A DNA stretch of 64,000 nucleotides from an uncultured Chloroflexia bacterium. Its GTDB lineage: Bacteria; Chloroflexota; Anaerolineae; Anaerolineales; E44-bin32. Below the pieces are notes generated by a model, which was given only the letters and a program-made list of their open reading frames with translations, made no database searches and was not told where the DNA came from. Below are positions 30,591 through 43,006 of this stretch, piece by piece (the stretch's first letter is position 1; each line of letters starts with the position of its first letter). The stretch spans positions 219,567 to 283,566 of the forward strand of contig CAWCPF010000001.1 in the NCBI GenBank assembly GCA_963797485.1, in the 5' to 3' direction. Position numbers and translations under genes: made by a program.

Positions 30591-31174
30591 GCGCGCCCTG
30601 GCTGATCGCCTGCCTGGGCAACTCCGGTCGGGGCTTTCGTGAAAATCGTCACAATGTCGGCTTCATGGTGGCAGACCGTGCCAGCCAACGCTGGGGGTTC
30701 GATTTCTCTCGGGTTCAACACCTGGCCCTCACGGCCGAGGGCCAAGTGGAGGGTCGTCGGACACTGTTGGCCAAACCGCAGACGATGATGAACCTCTCCG
30801 GCCGTTCAATTGGCGGGATCGTGCGCTTCTTCAAGATCCCGCTGGACCAGCTGCTCGTGGTCTACGATGACCTCGATCTGCCGGTCGGGGCGCTCCGACT
30901 GCGGCCTGGCGGCGGCAGCGGCGGCCACCGTGGCATGGAATTGATCATCGAGGCGTTGGGGAGTGACGCGTTTCCCCGGCTGAGAGTGGGCATCGGCCGG
31001 CCCCCGGGCAGGATGGATCCGGCCGCCTTTGTGCTGCAGAACTTCTCGGACGCCGAATTGGACGTCGTAGGACCCACACTGGATCGCGCCGTGGACTGCC
31101 TCGAGGCCCTGCTCACACAAGGCCTCGAGGCGGCCATGACGCGTTTCAATGGCGACCGCGAGGAGGACGATTGA
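30587..31174 (+). CDS. pth: Peptidyl-tRNA hydrolase
   Basis: LGN...NRHNVGF, KPQTMMNLSG, YDDLDL, GGHRG, RLRVGIGRP. Confidence 0.95.
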   Translation: MSAPWLIACLGNSGRGFRENRHNVGFMVADRASQRWGFDFSRVQHLALTAEGQVEGRRTLLAKPQTMMNLSGRSIGGIVRFFKIPLDQLLVVYDDLDLPVGALRLRPGGGSGGHRGMELIIEALGSDAFPRLRVGIGRPPGRMDPAAFVLQNFSDAELDVVGPTLDRAVDCLEALLTQGLEAAMTRFNGDREEDD

Positions 31175-34100
31175 ACCTGTCGACCCTCCTGAGCCCGATT
31201 GCGCGGCTGGACGCAGTGCAAGCGCTGGCCGGGCAACAAAACGCCAAGGGTATGCGGAGCCTACAGGTTCCGCGGGCAGCCCGGCCGCCGGTCATGGCCG
31301 CGCTCAGGGACGCCGTTCACCAGCCGGTCCTGGTTATCGTTTCGAGGATCGACCGCCTGCTGACCCTGGTCGAAGAGCTCCCGATGTGGGGCCCGGGCAA
31401 TGATCCACTGACGTTCCCCGAACCGAACCCGCTCTTCTATGAGGCGGCCCCGTGGGGTCCGCGGACAATCCGGCAGCGCATCGAATGCCTGGCCGCGCTG
31501 CAGCCGAATCCCGAAGGTCTGGCCTCGGGCGCCCTGCCTCCCGTGATTCTGGCAACCGCCCGGGCGGTCATGAGCCGAACCCTGCCGGCCGAGGCATTCC
31601 GGGCGCACATGCTCACGCTCGAAGTCGGCCTCACCTACCGGGTGGACCAGCTGGTCAAACAACTGCTCGACATCGGCTATCTGCCAGCCAGTGTCGTTAC
31701 CCAGCCGGGGGAATTCAGCCGGCGAGGCGGGATGCTGGACGTCTGGCCGTCTTCTTTGGCCCGCCCGGCTCGCCTCGAGTTCTTTGGGGATCAGCTCGAC
31801 ACGCTGCGAGCTTTCGATCCGGAAACCCAACGCTCCACGCAGGCGCTCGGGGCGTTTCGGCTCACCCCGGCGCGCGAGGCCCTGCCTTCCCGGTATTTGC
31901 CCCAGTGGTCCGAACTGCTGCCTGCTCCGGCCCGAGAGGATCCCCGACCCGACGCCCATGTGCCCTGGCTTGAGTTTCTCATGCCGCTGATGTGGGACCG
32001 CCCCGCCGGTCTGTTGGACTACCTTCCCGGGAACAGTCTGGTACTGGTCGACGATCGAATGGCCTTCGAAGATGCCGTCAATGAGTTTGAGGGCCAGGCC
32101 GTCGCCTTGCGCGATCAGCAACAAGCTCAGGGCAAGCTCTCAGAAGATTTTCCCCTGCCCTATCTGACGCTGGACGAACTCTCCGAAGTCCTGGAACGCC
32201 TGGGAGCAGTCGATCTGGGGATGATCTCGACCGCCGATGAGTCGGGGCCATCGCTTGGCCCAGCTTTCGATCCGGGGCCGAGATTCGGCGGCCAGGTCCG
32301 GCCGCTGTTGGATTTCTTGGGCCGCCGCCGTGCCGCGCATGAGACGTGCGTGGTCGTCAGCCGGCAGGCATCTCGCCTGGCCGAGATTTGGGGCGCCGAA
32401 GGAGGCAGCGCCCGGCTGGTCGACGATCTGCCGGCGGACATGATTTCTGGAGATGTTTACTTCATCCAGGGCGCGTTGGCGGAGGGCTGGACCTTGCAGG
32501 TGGGCGGACACGGCCCGGTTCACTTATTGACCGATGCGGAAATCTTCGGCTGGGGCCGTCCGCGGCCCCGGACGCGCCGTCCTGTTCAAGCCGCCGCCCC
32601 TGAGGCCAGTTTTGCCGATCTCAAGCCTGGCGACTTCGTGGTGCATATCGATTACGGGGTTGGGCGCCTCATGGGTCTGGTCCAACGCACTTTGGAGGGG
32701 CTCGCCCGCGAGTACCTGTTGGTGGAGTACGGCGGCGGCGGCCAGGTGTACGTCCCCGTGCATCAGGCCGACCGCCTGACGCGCTATGTCGGCGTCGAAG
32801 GCGTCGAACCCCACCTTTCCAATCTGGGGTCTCAAGAATGGGATCGAGTCAAGGGCCAGGCAGCCGAGGCGGTGGAGGAGATCGCCAGGGAGCTGCTGGA
32901 TTTGTACGCTCGGCGGTCCGCGGTTCAGGGCTACGCCTACGGGCCCGACACCGAATGGCAGCGCGAGTTGGAGGCCTCCTTTCCGTATGTGGAAACCGAG
33001 GACCAGCTCCGAGCTATCCACTCAGTGAAGAATGACATGGAAGGCCCCCAGCCCATGGATCGACTCATCTGCGGGGATGTGGGGTACGGCAAGACCGAGG
33101 TGGCCCTCAGAGCTGCGTTCAAAGCCGTGATGGAGGGGCGCCAGGTGGCCCTGCTGGTCCCCACGACCATCCTGGCTCAGCAGCACCTCACGACCTTCCA
33201 ACAGCGGCTCGCTCCCTACCCGGTCAAGGTCGCCATGCTGTCTAGATTTCTGTCACACGCGCAGGCCATGGAGGTCATCCGCCGGCTGGCCTCGGGCGAG
33301 ATTGACATCGTGATTGGGACCCACCGATTGCTGCAAAGGGACGTTCAATTCAAGGACCTGGGGCTGCTGATCATCGATGAAGAGCAACGATTTGGGGTCA
33401 CGCACAAGGAGTACCTGAAGCGCATGCGCACCGAGGTGGACGTGCTCACGCTGACGGCGACGCCCATTCCGCGCACGTTATACATGGCCCTGGCCGGCGC
33501 GCGGGACATCTCCACCATCAACACCCCACCTGAAGAGCGTCTGCCTGTGGTCACCCAAGTGAGCCGATACGATCCGCGGCTGATTCGTCAAGCCGTGCTG
33601 CGGGAGCTCGACCGCGGCGGCCAGGCCTTCTTCGTCCACAACCGCGTTCAAACCATCAACAGTGTGGCACGCCGGCTAGAGCACCTGCTGCCCGAGGCCC
33701 GGCTGGGCGTGGCCCACGGCCAGATGCCCGAGGAGGCTCTATCGCAGGTCATGCAGAGGTTCTCGGTCGGCGAAATCGATATCTTGGTGAGCACGTCGAT
33801 CATCGAGTCAGGCCTTGACATCCCTAACGCCAATACGCTCATTGTCGATCGAGCGGACCTGTTCGGCCTGGCGCAGCTTTACCAGCTGCGCGGCCGAGTC
33901 GGCCGAAGCTCAGCCCGGGCCTACGCCTATTTCCTGCGCCATCCCCAGGATCATGCCACCGAGGACGCCTTGCGCAGGCTGGAGATCATCGCCGAGAACG
34001 CTCAACTGGGGGCCGGCTACTCGATTGCTTTCAGGGACCTGGAGATGCGCGGCGCCGGCGACATCCTGGGCACCCGCCAGCACGGACATATCGCCGCCAT

Positions 34101-34641
34101 TGGCTTTCACCTTTACACGCGTTTGCTGGCCGGGGCCGTCAGGCGCCTGCGAGAAACCTCGGCCGGCCCGGTGCCAGCCTCCGACATCTTCCTGGGCACG
34201 CGCGAGCCTTTGTCGGTCTCGATTGAACTGCCGTTGTCGAGCGCCATCCCGACGGCATTCGTTCCTGAGCGCGAACTCCGGCTGCAGCTTTATCGTCGGA
34301 TGGCCGAGACGCGCGAACTCGACGAGGTGGTGGCGATGCAATCCGAACTCGAGGATCAATTCGGTCCGTTACCGAACGAGGTCGCCAACTTGCTCTTCCA
34401 ACTCAAGGTGCGCATCCTGGCGGCCCGGGCGGAAGTCGACAGCATCACATCAGAAAACGGCCAGATCCTGCTGCGCATGCGCTCGACATTGGAAACGCTG
34501 GACCTACCCACTCTCGGTCCGGATGTCCGCCCCAGCCGCAAAGGCGTCTGGCTTTCAAGGAGCCAAGACACGAACTGGGAGGCACGCTTGTTGGAAGTCT
34601 TGGAGCGCCTGGGTCGCGCCGGGGTGCCCGCCGCGGCTTGA
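31171..34641 (+). CDS. mfd: Transcription-repair coupling factor
   Basis: [11 protein letters not shown] domain ([12 protein letters not shown]), [40 protein letters not shown]-terminus. Confidence 0.96.
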   Translation: MNLSTLLSPIARLDAVQALAGQQNAKGMRSLQVPRAARPPVMAALRDAVHQPVLVIVSRIDRLLTLVEELPMWGPGNDPLTFPEPNPLFYEAAPWGPRTIRQRIECLAALQPNPEGLASGALPPVILATARAVMSRTLPAEAFRAHMLTLEVGLTYRVDQLVKQLLDIGYLPASVVTQPGEFSRRGGMLDVWPSSLARPARLEFFGDQLDTLRAFDPETQRSTQALGAFRLTPAREALPSRYLPQWSELLPAPAREDPRPDAHVPWLEFLMPLMWDRPAGLLDYLPGNSLVLVDDRMAFEDAVNEFEGQAVALRDQQQAQGKLSEDFPLPYLTLDELSEVLERLGAVDLGMISTADESGPSLGPAFDPGPRFGGQVRPLLDFLGRRRAAHETCVVVSRQASRLAEIWGAEGGSARLVDDLPADMISGDVYFIQGALAEGWTLQVGGHGPVHLLTDAEIFGWGRPRPRTRRPVQAAAPEASFADLKPGDFVVHIDYGVGRLMGLVQRTLEGLAREYLLVEYGGGGQVYVPVHQADRLTRYVGVEGVEPHLSNLGSQEWDRVKGQAAEAVEEIARELLDLYARRSAVQGYAYGPDTEWQRELEASFPYVETEDQLRAIHSVKNDMEGPQPMDRLICGDVGYGKTEVALRAAFKAVMEGRQVALLVPTTILAQQHLTTFQQRLAPYPVKVAMLSRFLSHAQAMEVIRRLASGEIDIVIGTHRLLQRDVQFKDLGLLIIDEEQRFGVTHKEYLKRMRTEVDVLTLTATPIPRTLYMALAGARDISTINTPPEERLPVVTQVSRYDPRLIRQAVLRELDRGGQAFFVHNRVQTINSVARRLEHLLPEARLGVAHGQMPEEALSQVMQRFSVGEIDILVSTSIIESGLDIPNANTLIVDRADLFGLAQLYQLRGRVGRSSARAYAYFLRHPQDHATEDALRRLEIIAENAQLGAGYSIAFRDLEMRGAGDILGTRQHGHIAAIGFHLYTRLLAGAVRRLRETSAGPVPASDIFLGTREPLSVSIELPLSSAIPTAFVPERELRLQLYRRMAETRELDEVVAMQSELEDQFGPLPNEVANLLFQLKVRILAARAEVDSITSENGQILLRMRSTLETLDLPTLGPDVRPSRKGVWLSRSQDTNWEARLLEVLERLGRAGVPAAA

Positions 34642-34653
34642 ACGGGCCGCGTG

Positions 34654-35604
34654 TCAAACCTGGGGGCGGAACCGGATCAGCCCAACCAGATACGGCTGAC
34701 CGTCGATGTATTCAATCAGTATCGACCATGAGTGCCAGTTGAAGGTGTTGCCGCCAGCCGGGGCTGGACGGAAGGCATTGTAGTAATTGAGATTGGCGTC
34801 GGCGATAGGCGGCAAGACCGCCTGTGTGACAGTCCCGAGTTGAAGCGAATCGCAGGCAAGGGCCGGCGCGTTGGCAAGCACATCCTCAAGTTGTGGCAGG
34901 ATGGCGTCTGAAAAGGTCCCCTCGATCGCAGTTTGGCTGCCCACGTTAACGCCCCAGGCTCGAGACGTCGGGTCTACAAACAGGTCGGCGACTTCCGAGC
35001 GTGTCAACACGACAGCCGGATCCCACCAATCCACCCGAATGGCCAGACCGCGCCGATCGGAGACAAGCGAACTCAACAGATCGCCATCACGCGAGATGAT
35101 GGCCTGAGAGAATCGGGTAAACACCTCGTTGGCCCGCAGATCGGAGCAGAACGCGTCGGGGGAGACGTATTCGGTCAGATTCGTGGCCTGGACCCAGCCT
35201 GTACGGCCGTCCGTTCGTTCGATCTCCACCCATTGCGAGCTCCCCAACAGAGTGCTTTTCCCGGTCAAATGCAGTCCACGCTGGTCGGGGGCCAGGTAGC
35301 CGTTGATTTCGCCGGACAAGCCGGCCGTGGTTCGAAACGGGAGCTGGCCCCCGTCCACGATGCCCAGCACTGCATACTCACTGGTGGGCGGGGCAAGGCC
35401 GGCTTCGGGGGTCGGCGTTTCAGAGGGGGGCACGGAGGTGGACGTGGGTCGAAACGGTGTCGTGATGGTTTGCATCGGAACCAACGTTCTCGAGCATGCG
35501 GCCAGAGACGTGGCCAGGACCACCGCCAAGCAGGCCGCCAGACTACCCGGAGGCGTCCGATGTCGGTGAGGCTGGGTCGATCCGATCTGGGCGCGTACAG
35601 TCAT
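34654..35604 (-). CDS. Lipoprotein with an SH3b-like domain
   Basis: Lipobox LAAC, Pro/Thr linker, WVEIERTDGRTGWV. Start uncertain. Confidence 0.65.
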   Translation of the reverse strand: MTVRAQIGSTQPHRHRTPPGSLAACLAVVLATSLAACSRTLVPMQTITTPFRPTSTSVPPSETPTPEAGLAPPTSEYAVLGIVDGGQLPFRTTAGLSGEINGYLAPDQRGLHLTGKSTLLGSSQWVEIERTDGRTGWVQATNLTEYVSPDAFCSDLRANEVFTRFSQAIISRDGDLLSSLVSDRRGLAIRVDWWDPAVVLTRSEVADLFVDPTSRAWGVNVGSQTAIEGTFSDAILPQLEDVLANAPALACDSLQLGTVTQAVLPPIADANLNYYNAFRPAPAGGNTFNWHSWSILIEYIDGQPYLVGLIRFRPQV

Positions 35605-35644
35605 ACGAAATCGAAGTGCGGGTCTGAGCGACGCCAAACCGGAG

Positions 35645-38171
35645 CTAGCCGGGTGCCGTAGGAAGGTGCGGGCGATGGGAACTCGGCTTGGAGGACGATT
35701 TGGATTTGCCCTTGGGCTTGGAACGAGCCGGTGGAACAGCATCGGCCACAGGCGGCCGCAACGCGAGCTCAAACACCTCATCCATATGTCGCACCAGCTT
35801 GAATTCCAGCGCGGCGCGCGCCTTGGCGGGCACATCCACCAGGTCCTTCTTGTTCTGGGCCGGCAAAATGACCGTTCCGAGCTTCAATCGATAAGCGGCC
35901 AGGACCTTCTCTTTCACCCCGCCGACGGGGAGAACCCGCCCGCGCAGCGTGATTTCGCCGGTCATGCCCATATCGCGATTGATGGGGCGGCCAGTCAGAG
36001 CCGAGGCGAGCGAGGTGGCCATGGTGATGCCGGCACTGGGACCATCCTTCGGTATGGCACCTTCGGGAATGTGGATGTGGATGTCCGTGCTTTCGAATAG
36101 CTCGGGGTTGAAGTTCAGCTGCTTTGCTCTAGATTTCACAAATGACAGCGCTGCCTGAGCAGATTCCTGCATCACTTCCCCGATCTGCCCGGTGATCTGC
36201 ATGTTCCCTTTGCCCTCCACCAGGAGGACTTCGACAGGAAGGGTGTCCCCCCCATTCTCGGTCCAGGCGAGTCCAAGCGCGGCGCCGATCTGATCTTCGC
36301 GCTCAGGTTCTCGCGGACTTATCTGGGGCGGACCCAGGAGGCGTGCCAGCCGAGCCGGGGTCACGCGTGCAGGCGTGCTGCGCCCCTCGGCCTTCTTGCG
36401 AGCCACCTTGCGGCAGATCTTGCCGAGCTCCCGCTCGAGGTTTCGCACCCCGGCTTCCCAGGTGTACTGGCGAATGATGATCTGGATCGCCGGAGCGGTG
36501 ACGGTCAACTCTTCAGCTGCCAGACCATTCTGCTCCAATTGGCGAGGCACCAAGAACTTTTCGGCGATCGCCAGCTTTTCTTCTTCGATGTAGCCGGGGA
36601 AATCAATCACCTCCAGCCGGTCGATCAACGCCGGGGGAACGGCTTCCAGGGTGTTGGCCGTGGTGACAAAGAGCACTTTGGAGAGATCGTAGCCGATCTC
36701 CAGATAGTGATCGGAAAACCCGTGGTTCTGCTCCGGGTCAAGGACTTCGAGCAGCGCGGCTGACGGATCGCCTCGGAAATCATTGCCCAGCTTGTCAATC
36801 TCATCCAGCATGAACAGCGGGTTGACTGTGCCGGCCTTGCGCATCCCCTGCAGAACCCGGCCCGGCAGGGCGCCGATGTAGGTTCGGCGGTGGCCGCGTA
36901 TCTCAGCCTCATCGCGGACCCCGCCCAACGAGACGCGGACAAAGTTGCGGCCAAGCGCCTCTGCGATGGATTGACCCAGCGAGGTCTTTCCGGTTCCCGG
37001 TGGGCCGACGAAACACAAGATCGGCTGGCGCTGCTTCGCGCCGGCCAGGCTGCGCACGGCGATGTACTCGAGGATCCGTTCCTTGGCCTTATCCAGTCCG
37101 AAGTGTTTCTTGTTCAACACACGCGAAACATGCTTGATGTCCAGGTCGTCTTCACTCGACGCGGTCCACGGGAGTTCGATCAGCCAATCCAGATAGGTCC
37201 GGATGATGCCGACTTCAGGCGACATGGGCGGCATTTGCGTGAGCCGCTGGACCTCACGCTGCGCCTTGGCGGCCACCTCATCGGGCAGGTCCAGATGATC
37301 GATCCGCTCGCGCAGTTCCGAGATCTCCTGGCTCCAGATGTCAGTCTCGCCCAACTCGGTCTGGATGGCCTTCATTTGCTCGCGCAGGTACATCTCGCGC
37401 TGCGACCGATCGACCTCGTTCTGTACCTGAGCATGGATATGGTCTTCAAGCTCGAGCACATCCAGCTCGCGGCCGAGCAGAACGCTCAGCCGCTGCAGGC
37501 GGGCCATCGGGTCGAAGGTCTCGAGCAGCTCCTGCCGTTCGGCGATGGTGATGCTCAGGGCCGAGGCCACCAGATCCGCCAACCACCCCGGCTCTTCGAT
37601 GTTCATGGCATAGACATAGGCTTCTTCGGGCAGGGTGCGGCTTAGCCGCACACAGCGTTCGAAGAGCGTCAAGACCGCCCGCATCAAGGCGATGTTCTCT
37701 TTCGTCCGGCGGTTGTTCTCTTGGACCGGCCGAGCGCGCGCCCGGAGCACACCGTCGACGATGACATAACGCACGATCTCGACGCGCCGGCGGCCTTGAG
37801 TTCAGGATCGACATCGAACCGTCGGCCATCTGCATGGGGCGGCTCACCGCCAGCTCGGTCCCCACAGAGTACAAATCGCTCGAGGTCGGGTTTTCCACAT
37901 GAGCATCAATCTGGGTCACGGCGATCATGGTCTCGCCATCCCGCGCCGATTCCTCGATCGCCGACAAGGTCGGCTCGTGATCGACGAACAGCGGTGTGAC
38001 CATGTTGGGGTATACGACCACGTCTCGGACCGGCAGCACGGCGCACTCAATCAAGCCCTCATCGTCCATGAGGGCATTGTCGATGTCGTACAACTCGTCC
38101 GACCGGCGGTTCATGCCTTCGCCGAAGTCAGGTATCAGCTGGTGCGACCAGGTCGAAAACCAGGCGCTCAA
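35645..38171 (-). CDS. lon: Lon protease (frameshift near 37803)
   Basis: [11 protein letters not shown] domain, [23 protein letters not shown] catalytic Ser, GGVKEK. Confidence 0.94.
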
Positions 38172-39530
38172 GTTTGCTCCACTTCGAGGGGGGCGGCGCC
38201 CAGAGCCAGCCGCCCCGCTTGCCAGGCCTGCAGGACTTCACCCACCACAAACAGGCTTCCCGTGACGAGCACCACGCTGTTCTCGGACGCCTCCGCCAGG
38301 GCAGTCTGAACGGCCTGGGCCGCTGGAATGATCGCCTCCGCCTGCCGGTCCAGGGTGCCGGCTAGTGCCACCAGCGACTCCGCCGAGGCGGCACGCGGAT
38401 GCCGGGCCTGGGTGAAGATGACCCGCGAAGCCTGCGGGAGCAGTGCCCGCAACATCCCTTCCAGGTCTTTATCCTCCGAGGCTCCAAACACCAGGCTCAT
38501 GGGACGATCAGGGTAGACGGAAGCCGCCGTTTCCGCAAGCCGGCGGGCCGAGTCTCTGATTGTGAGCCGCATCCACCACCAGGCTGGGATCATGGCGAAG
38601 TATCTGAAAACGTCCTGGCCAATCCACCTCGGAGAATCCTTCGCGCAAGGCACGATCACTTAACGGGAGCCCGCGATCGCCCGCCAGATCCAGCGCGGCA
38701 TATGCCACGGCGGCATTGTCCAGTTGATGGCGGCCGAGCAGCGGCATTCTCAGTCGGACCGGCGAACGGCCGTCGCCGGTCCGATACAACCTGAGGGACT
38801 GTCCGCTCACATCCTGGGCTTCGGGCTCCACAATCCAATCCACGCCAATCTCGGTCACCGGCGCCCCCACCTCGGCGGCGCGCACCAAAATGACACGTCG
38901 CGCCTCTTCCGGCTGGGGGGCAACCACCAAAGGCACGCCCGGCTTGAGGATACCGGCTTTTTCACCGGCAATGGCGCCAAGCGTGTTGCCCAGCAAATGG
39001 GTATGGTCGAACGAAATGGACGTGATGGCCGTGACCAAGGGCTGGACAAGATTGGTGGCGTCCAGCCTGCCCCCCAGACCCACCTCGATCACGGCCGCCT
39101 CGACTTGCTGATGGGCAAAATACATGAACCCCAGCGCCGTGACCAGCTCGAAAGTTGTCAGGCCAGGAACGCCGGCGGCGTGAGCGGCGAGGTCGGAGGT
39201 CAGGCCGGCCACGTCGGCAGGGGGAATGGGGCTCCCGTTGATCCGGATTCTCTCTGTGAAGTCAACCAGGTGGGGAGACGTGTACAGGCCGGTGCGATAG
39301 CCCGCATGGGCAAGACACGACGCCATCAGGGCGGCCACGGATCCCTTGCCCTTAGTCCCGGCAATATGCAGGGTTGGGTACCTGAGATGGGGTTCCGAGA
39401 GGCGGGCGAGCAGGTCAGCCATCCGGCCGAGGTCGAAGGCCTCTGCCGAATACCGGTCGCTTCTTTCTCGACTGTAATCTACGAAGCTGTAAAGGTAGTC
39501 GAGGGCTGTTTGATAAGAATTGATCTTCAT
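38168..39530 (-). CDS. folC: Folylpolyglutamate synthase / dihydrofolate synthase (frameshift near 38558)
   Basis: HIAGTKGKGS, YTSPHL, EVGLGGRLDATN, WPGRF, DAAHN, VTGSLFVVGE. Confidence 0.93.
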
Positions 39531-39730
39531 CGTGTTAGACCGGAATTCTAACCTCGCCAACGGTGGCCGACAAGAGACATGCTTCACTTGTCTGGGACGG
39601 GCAATCGCGTTATCATCGTGTACAAGATTCAACTTTGTGCCAGGAGGTGCCCTGCTAGAAGATACAAGACCCATGCCGGAGACGCAATTACGTCACCCAC
39701 TTTGAACAATTCGAGGAGGAGCAACACGCA

Positions 39731-40747
39731 ATGCGAAACCATCGCCCGTTTTACGCGCTGAGCCTGATTGTGTTGGCTGCGCTGGTGCTAGGCGCCTGCG
39801 GACCTGCGGCCACGCCGACCCAGGCACCCGCCCCGGCTGCCACCGAAGCGCCGACCATGGCGCCTGAGCCCACCGAAACCCCATCCACCTTGGGGACGGC
39901 CGACGACCCGATTGTGGTTGCCTTCGAGCCGTCCGCCACCTCACAAGAGATCACGGCTGGCGGACAGGCACTGCTTGACCTGCTGTCCCAAGAGACCGGG
40001 CTAACCTTCAAGGGTGTGATCCCGACCTCTTATGCGGCGCTGACCGAAGCCATGGGCTCCGGCAATGCTCAGATCGGCTGGATGGCGACCTTCGCCTACA
40101 TCCTGGCCCATCAGCAGGGCTATGCCGATGTGTCCTTGATCACCAACCGCTTCGGGTCCGACCATTACGGCTCACAGTTCATCGCCAACGTGTCCTCGGG
40201 CTTCACGCCGGCCCCGAACACGCCAGCCACCGAGGCCGATCTGCCCACCCTGCTGCAGTTCAAGGGCATGACCCCGTGCTTCGCCGATGAACAGTCGACT
40301 TCCGGTCACGTGATCCCGGTCATCTTCCTCAAGAAGGCCGGGCTGACCGATGCCGACATCCCCGATCCGGTCTATGCAGGCGGCCACACTCAGGTTGTGC
40401 AGGCTGTCTATGACGGCGGCATCTGCGACTACGGCGCCACCTTCGTGGATGCGCGCTCCAGCGTCGCCACCGACCACCCCGACGTGAACGACAAGGTGGT
40501 GGTGATCTACCAGACCGAGGCGATCATCCCCAACGACAACATGTCCTTCGCCCCGGATATGCCGCAGGATCTGCGCGACCAGGTCACGGCTGCCATGCTC
40601 AAGATCGCCGATACCGAAGATGGCAAGACGGCGCTCAACGACCTGTACCAGATCGGCGGGCTTGTTCCGGTTGATGATACGGCCTACGATACCTTCCGCT
40701 CCTATCTGGAAGCTTCGGGCATCGATCTCAGCCAATACGTGAAGTAG
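39731..40747 (+). CDS. phnD: Phosphate/phosphite/phosphonate ABC transporter substrate-binding lipoprotein
   Basis: Lipobox LGAC, STSG, GGH and IPND motifs; SD GAGGAG; adjacent to phnC and phnE. Confidence 0.85.
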   Translation: MRNHRPFYALSLIVLAALVLGACGPAATPTQAPAPAATEAPTMAPEPTETPSTLGTADDPIVVAFEPSATSQEITAGGQALLDLLSQETGLTFKGVIPTSYAALTEAMGSGNAQIGWMATFAYILAHQQGYADVSLITNRFGSDHYGSQFIANVSSGFTPAPNTPATEADLPTLLQFKGMTPCFADEQSTSGHVIPVIFLKKAGLTDADIPDPVYAGGHTQVVQAVYDGGICDYGATFVDARSSVATDHPDVNDKVVVIYQTEAIIPNDNMSFAPDMPQDLRDQVTAAMLKIADTEDGKTALNDLYQIGGLVPVDDTAYDTFRSYLEASGIDLSQYVK

Positions 40748-40763
40748 GCACAGGCCAGTAGAT

Positions 40764-40804
40764 ATCGAGGGGAGAAAAGCGACCCTTTTCTCCCCTCGAT
40801 TTTC
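40764..40804 (+). terminator. Strong hairpin between phnD and phnC (partial terminator or mRNA stabiliser)
   Basis: ATCGAGGGGAGAAAAG-cgacc-CTTTTCTCCCCTCGAT followed by TTT. Confidence 0.75.
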
Positions 40805-40825
40805 GTCCTAGAGGGAGGTGTCCGC

Positions 40826-41599
40826 TTGCTCCGAGTTGAACATCTCACCAAGGTCTATCCCAGTGGAACCGTGGCCCTCAAGGATGTGAGTTTTACGGTC
40901 GAAGACCGCGAGTTCTTGGTCATCATCGGTCTCTCGGGCTCGGGCAAGTCCACCCTATTGCGCTGCATCAACCGCCTGATCGAACCCACCGAAGGGCGCA
41001 TCCTGCTGGATGACGTGGACGTCACAGCGGCCTCCCCGGCGGAGCTCCGGCGATTACGGCGCCAGATCGGGATGGTGTTTCAACAGTTCAATCTCGTCAA
41101 GCGCAGCAGCGTGATGACCAATGTGCTCTCCGGCAGACTGGGATACGCCAACCCGCTGATGAGCTTGATGGGGATTTGGCCCAGAGCGGATCGCGAGCGC
41201 GCCGTCCAAGCGTTGGATCGGGTCGGTATCGCGGACAAGGCCCAGGCGCGGGCAGACACGCTCTCAGGCGGACAGCAGCAACGCGTGGGCATCGCCCGCT
41301 CCCTCATGCAGGAACCCAAACTGATGCTGGCCGACGAACCGGTCGCCTCACTGGATCCTGTGCTTTCTCATTCCATCCTCAAATATCTCGAACTACTCAA
41401 CAAAGAGGGCATCACGGTCCTGTGCAGTTTGCATTTCCTCGACCTGGTCCACCGCTATGCCACTCGCGTGATCGCCCTGAAAGACGGAGTTAAGGTCTTT
41501 GAGGGACTCCCCAAGGAGATCGACCGAGCCAAGTTCAAAGAGATCTACGGGGAAGAAGCCCAGGAAGTTCGCGCCACGGAAGTTGTCGAGGGCGGCTAG
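40826..41599 (+). CDS. phnC: Phosphonate-type ABC transporter ATPase
   Basis: GLSGSGKST, NVLSGRLG, LSGGQQQRV, ADEPVASLDP. Confidence 0.92.
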   Translation: MLRVEHLTKVYPSGTVALKDVSFTVEDREFLVIIGLSGSGKSTLLRCINRLIEPTEGRILLDDVDVTAASPAELRRLRRQIGMVFQQFNLVKRSSVMTNVLSGRLGYANPLMSLMGIWPRADRERAVQALDRVGIADKAQARADTLSGGQQQRVGIARSLMQEPKLMLADEPVASLDPVLSHSILKYLELLNKEGITVLCSLHFLDLVHRYATRVIALKDGVKVFEGLPKEIDRAKFKEIYGEEAQEVRATEVVEGG

Positions 41600-41601
41600 G
41601 C

Positions 41602-43005
41602 ATGGCGGGGTCGTCAGCCTCCGGTCCATCCCATCGGTCAGCCTGGATCGCCGCCCTGCTGTCTGTCGTCCTGCCCGGGGCAGGACAGTTTTATGCCGGC
41701 CGTCGCGGCCGCGGCTTCTCGATCTTTCTCAGCACGGGCATCATGCTCCTGATTGCTGTCTGGTACCAGGTCCCGGCGTGGTACGCCGCCCCGGCGGTCG
41801 CCTGGATATGGGGTGTGTGGGACGCCATCGGCGCGGTTGAGGGCAAGCTGCGCTCCGTCTTCCTTCCGATGGCAGCCTTGCTGGTCATGGGCTATGGAAT
41901 TGGCTGGCAGATTACCGAGATCGATTTTCCGGCCCTGGCCAGGAATATCGACCGAGCCCAATCCATCCTGCGCCCCATGCTGAGGCCGGACTTCATCACT
42001 CGCGAAGAGATCACGCAAAGAGGCTGGGCGCCGGTGGAAGTCCCTTGCGGACCGAATCCCCCGGCCTCCTCCAATACCATCGACGGCATCACGGTGGAGC
42101 TATCACCGAACTGCGGCAGTCTTAAGGATACGTTGAACGTGCACGCAAGCGGGTTGTGGCCGGACACCAATACGCTGGTACAGTGGTCGACCCCAATTGG
42201 CGACCGGCTGCCTCTCGGTGAGGGTTTCATCACCAATCTGAACGTGGCCTCGGACGGGGAAGGGAATTTCGACCTCACGATTCAGATCCCGCCAAGTGCG
42301 CTTTCAGCCGCGCCCGACCCCACCCTGCCGCTCGAACACCGGGTTTATCTCACACAGGCCTTGCCTCAGCCGGGCTTCAAGCTTTCCAAGAATGGCGAAT
42401 ACGTCGCCGTGGGTATCGTCCAAACGCTGTTTCTGGCTTTGATGTCGACCACCTTCGGCACGCTGGGGGCGATTCCCATAAGCTTCCTGGCCGCCAGGAA
42501 TTTGATGGCTGGAAATCCGATCACCTTGATCGTTTACACGCTGGCGCGCACCCTCCTCAATATCATACGATCCATCGAACCCTTGATCATCGCCATCATC
42601 TTTGTGGTCATTGTCGGCTTGGGTCCGTTCGCAGGCGTCATCGCTATAAGTTTGCACACGATCGCCGCCCTGGCCAAACTGTACTCCGAAGTCATCGAGG
42701 GCATCGACCCCGGGCCCTTGGAAGCCATTCGGGCGGTGGGCGGGACCTGGCTGCAGATGGTCCGCTATGGAGTAGTGCCCCAGATTGTGCCGCCTTTCGC
42801 CTCCTTCACCCTGTTCCGCTGGGATATCAATGTCCGCACATCAACCATCATTGGGTTTGTCGGCGGAGGCGGGATTGGTTTCTATCTGTACCAATGGATC
42901 ATCAAAGGCGATTACCGGGCTGTAAGCGCGTCCTTCATCGCCATCGCCGTGATCGTCATCGTGCTCGATTTTGTCAGCGCCAGGGTCAGGGCCAGGCTGG
43001 TATAG
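41602..43005 (+). CDS. phnE: PhnE-type permease with an N-terminal TM extension and an inserted extracytoplasmic domain
   Basis: GLGPFAGV, KLYSEVIEGID.GP.EA, RWDINVRTSTIIGFVGGGGIG. Confidence 0.88.
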   Translation: MAGSSASGPSHRSAWIAALLSVVLPGAGQFYAGRRGRGFSIFLSTGIMLLIAVWYQVPAWYAAPAVAWIWGVWDAIGAVEGKLRSVFLPMAALLVMGYGIGWQITEIDFPALARNIDRAQSILRPMLRPDFITREEITQRGWAPVEVPCGPNPPASSNTIDGITVELSPNCGSLKDTLNVHASGLWPDTNTLVQWSTPIGDRLPLGEGFITNLNVASDGEGNFDLTIQIPPSALSAAPDPTLPLEHRVYLTQALPQPGFKLSKNGEYVAVGIVQTLFLALMSTTFGTLGAIPISFLAARNLMAGNPITLIVYTLARTLLNIIRSIEPLIIAIIFVVIVGLGPFAGVIAISLHTIAALAKLYSEVIEGIDPGPLEAIRAVGGTWLQMVRYGVVPQIVPPFASFTLFRWDINVRTSTIIGFVGGGGIGFYLYQWIIKGDYRAVSASFIAIAVIVIVLDFVSARVRARLV

Positions 43006-43006
43006 C

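Noticed and set aside
39531..39730. Pho boxes upstream of phnD
   Set aside because: The region is AT-richer, but I could not identify a convincing 11-bp direct repeat.
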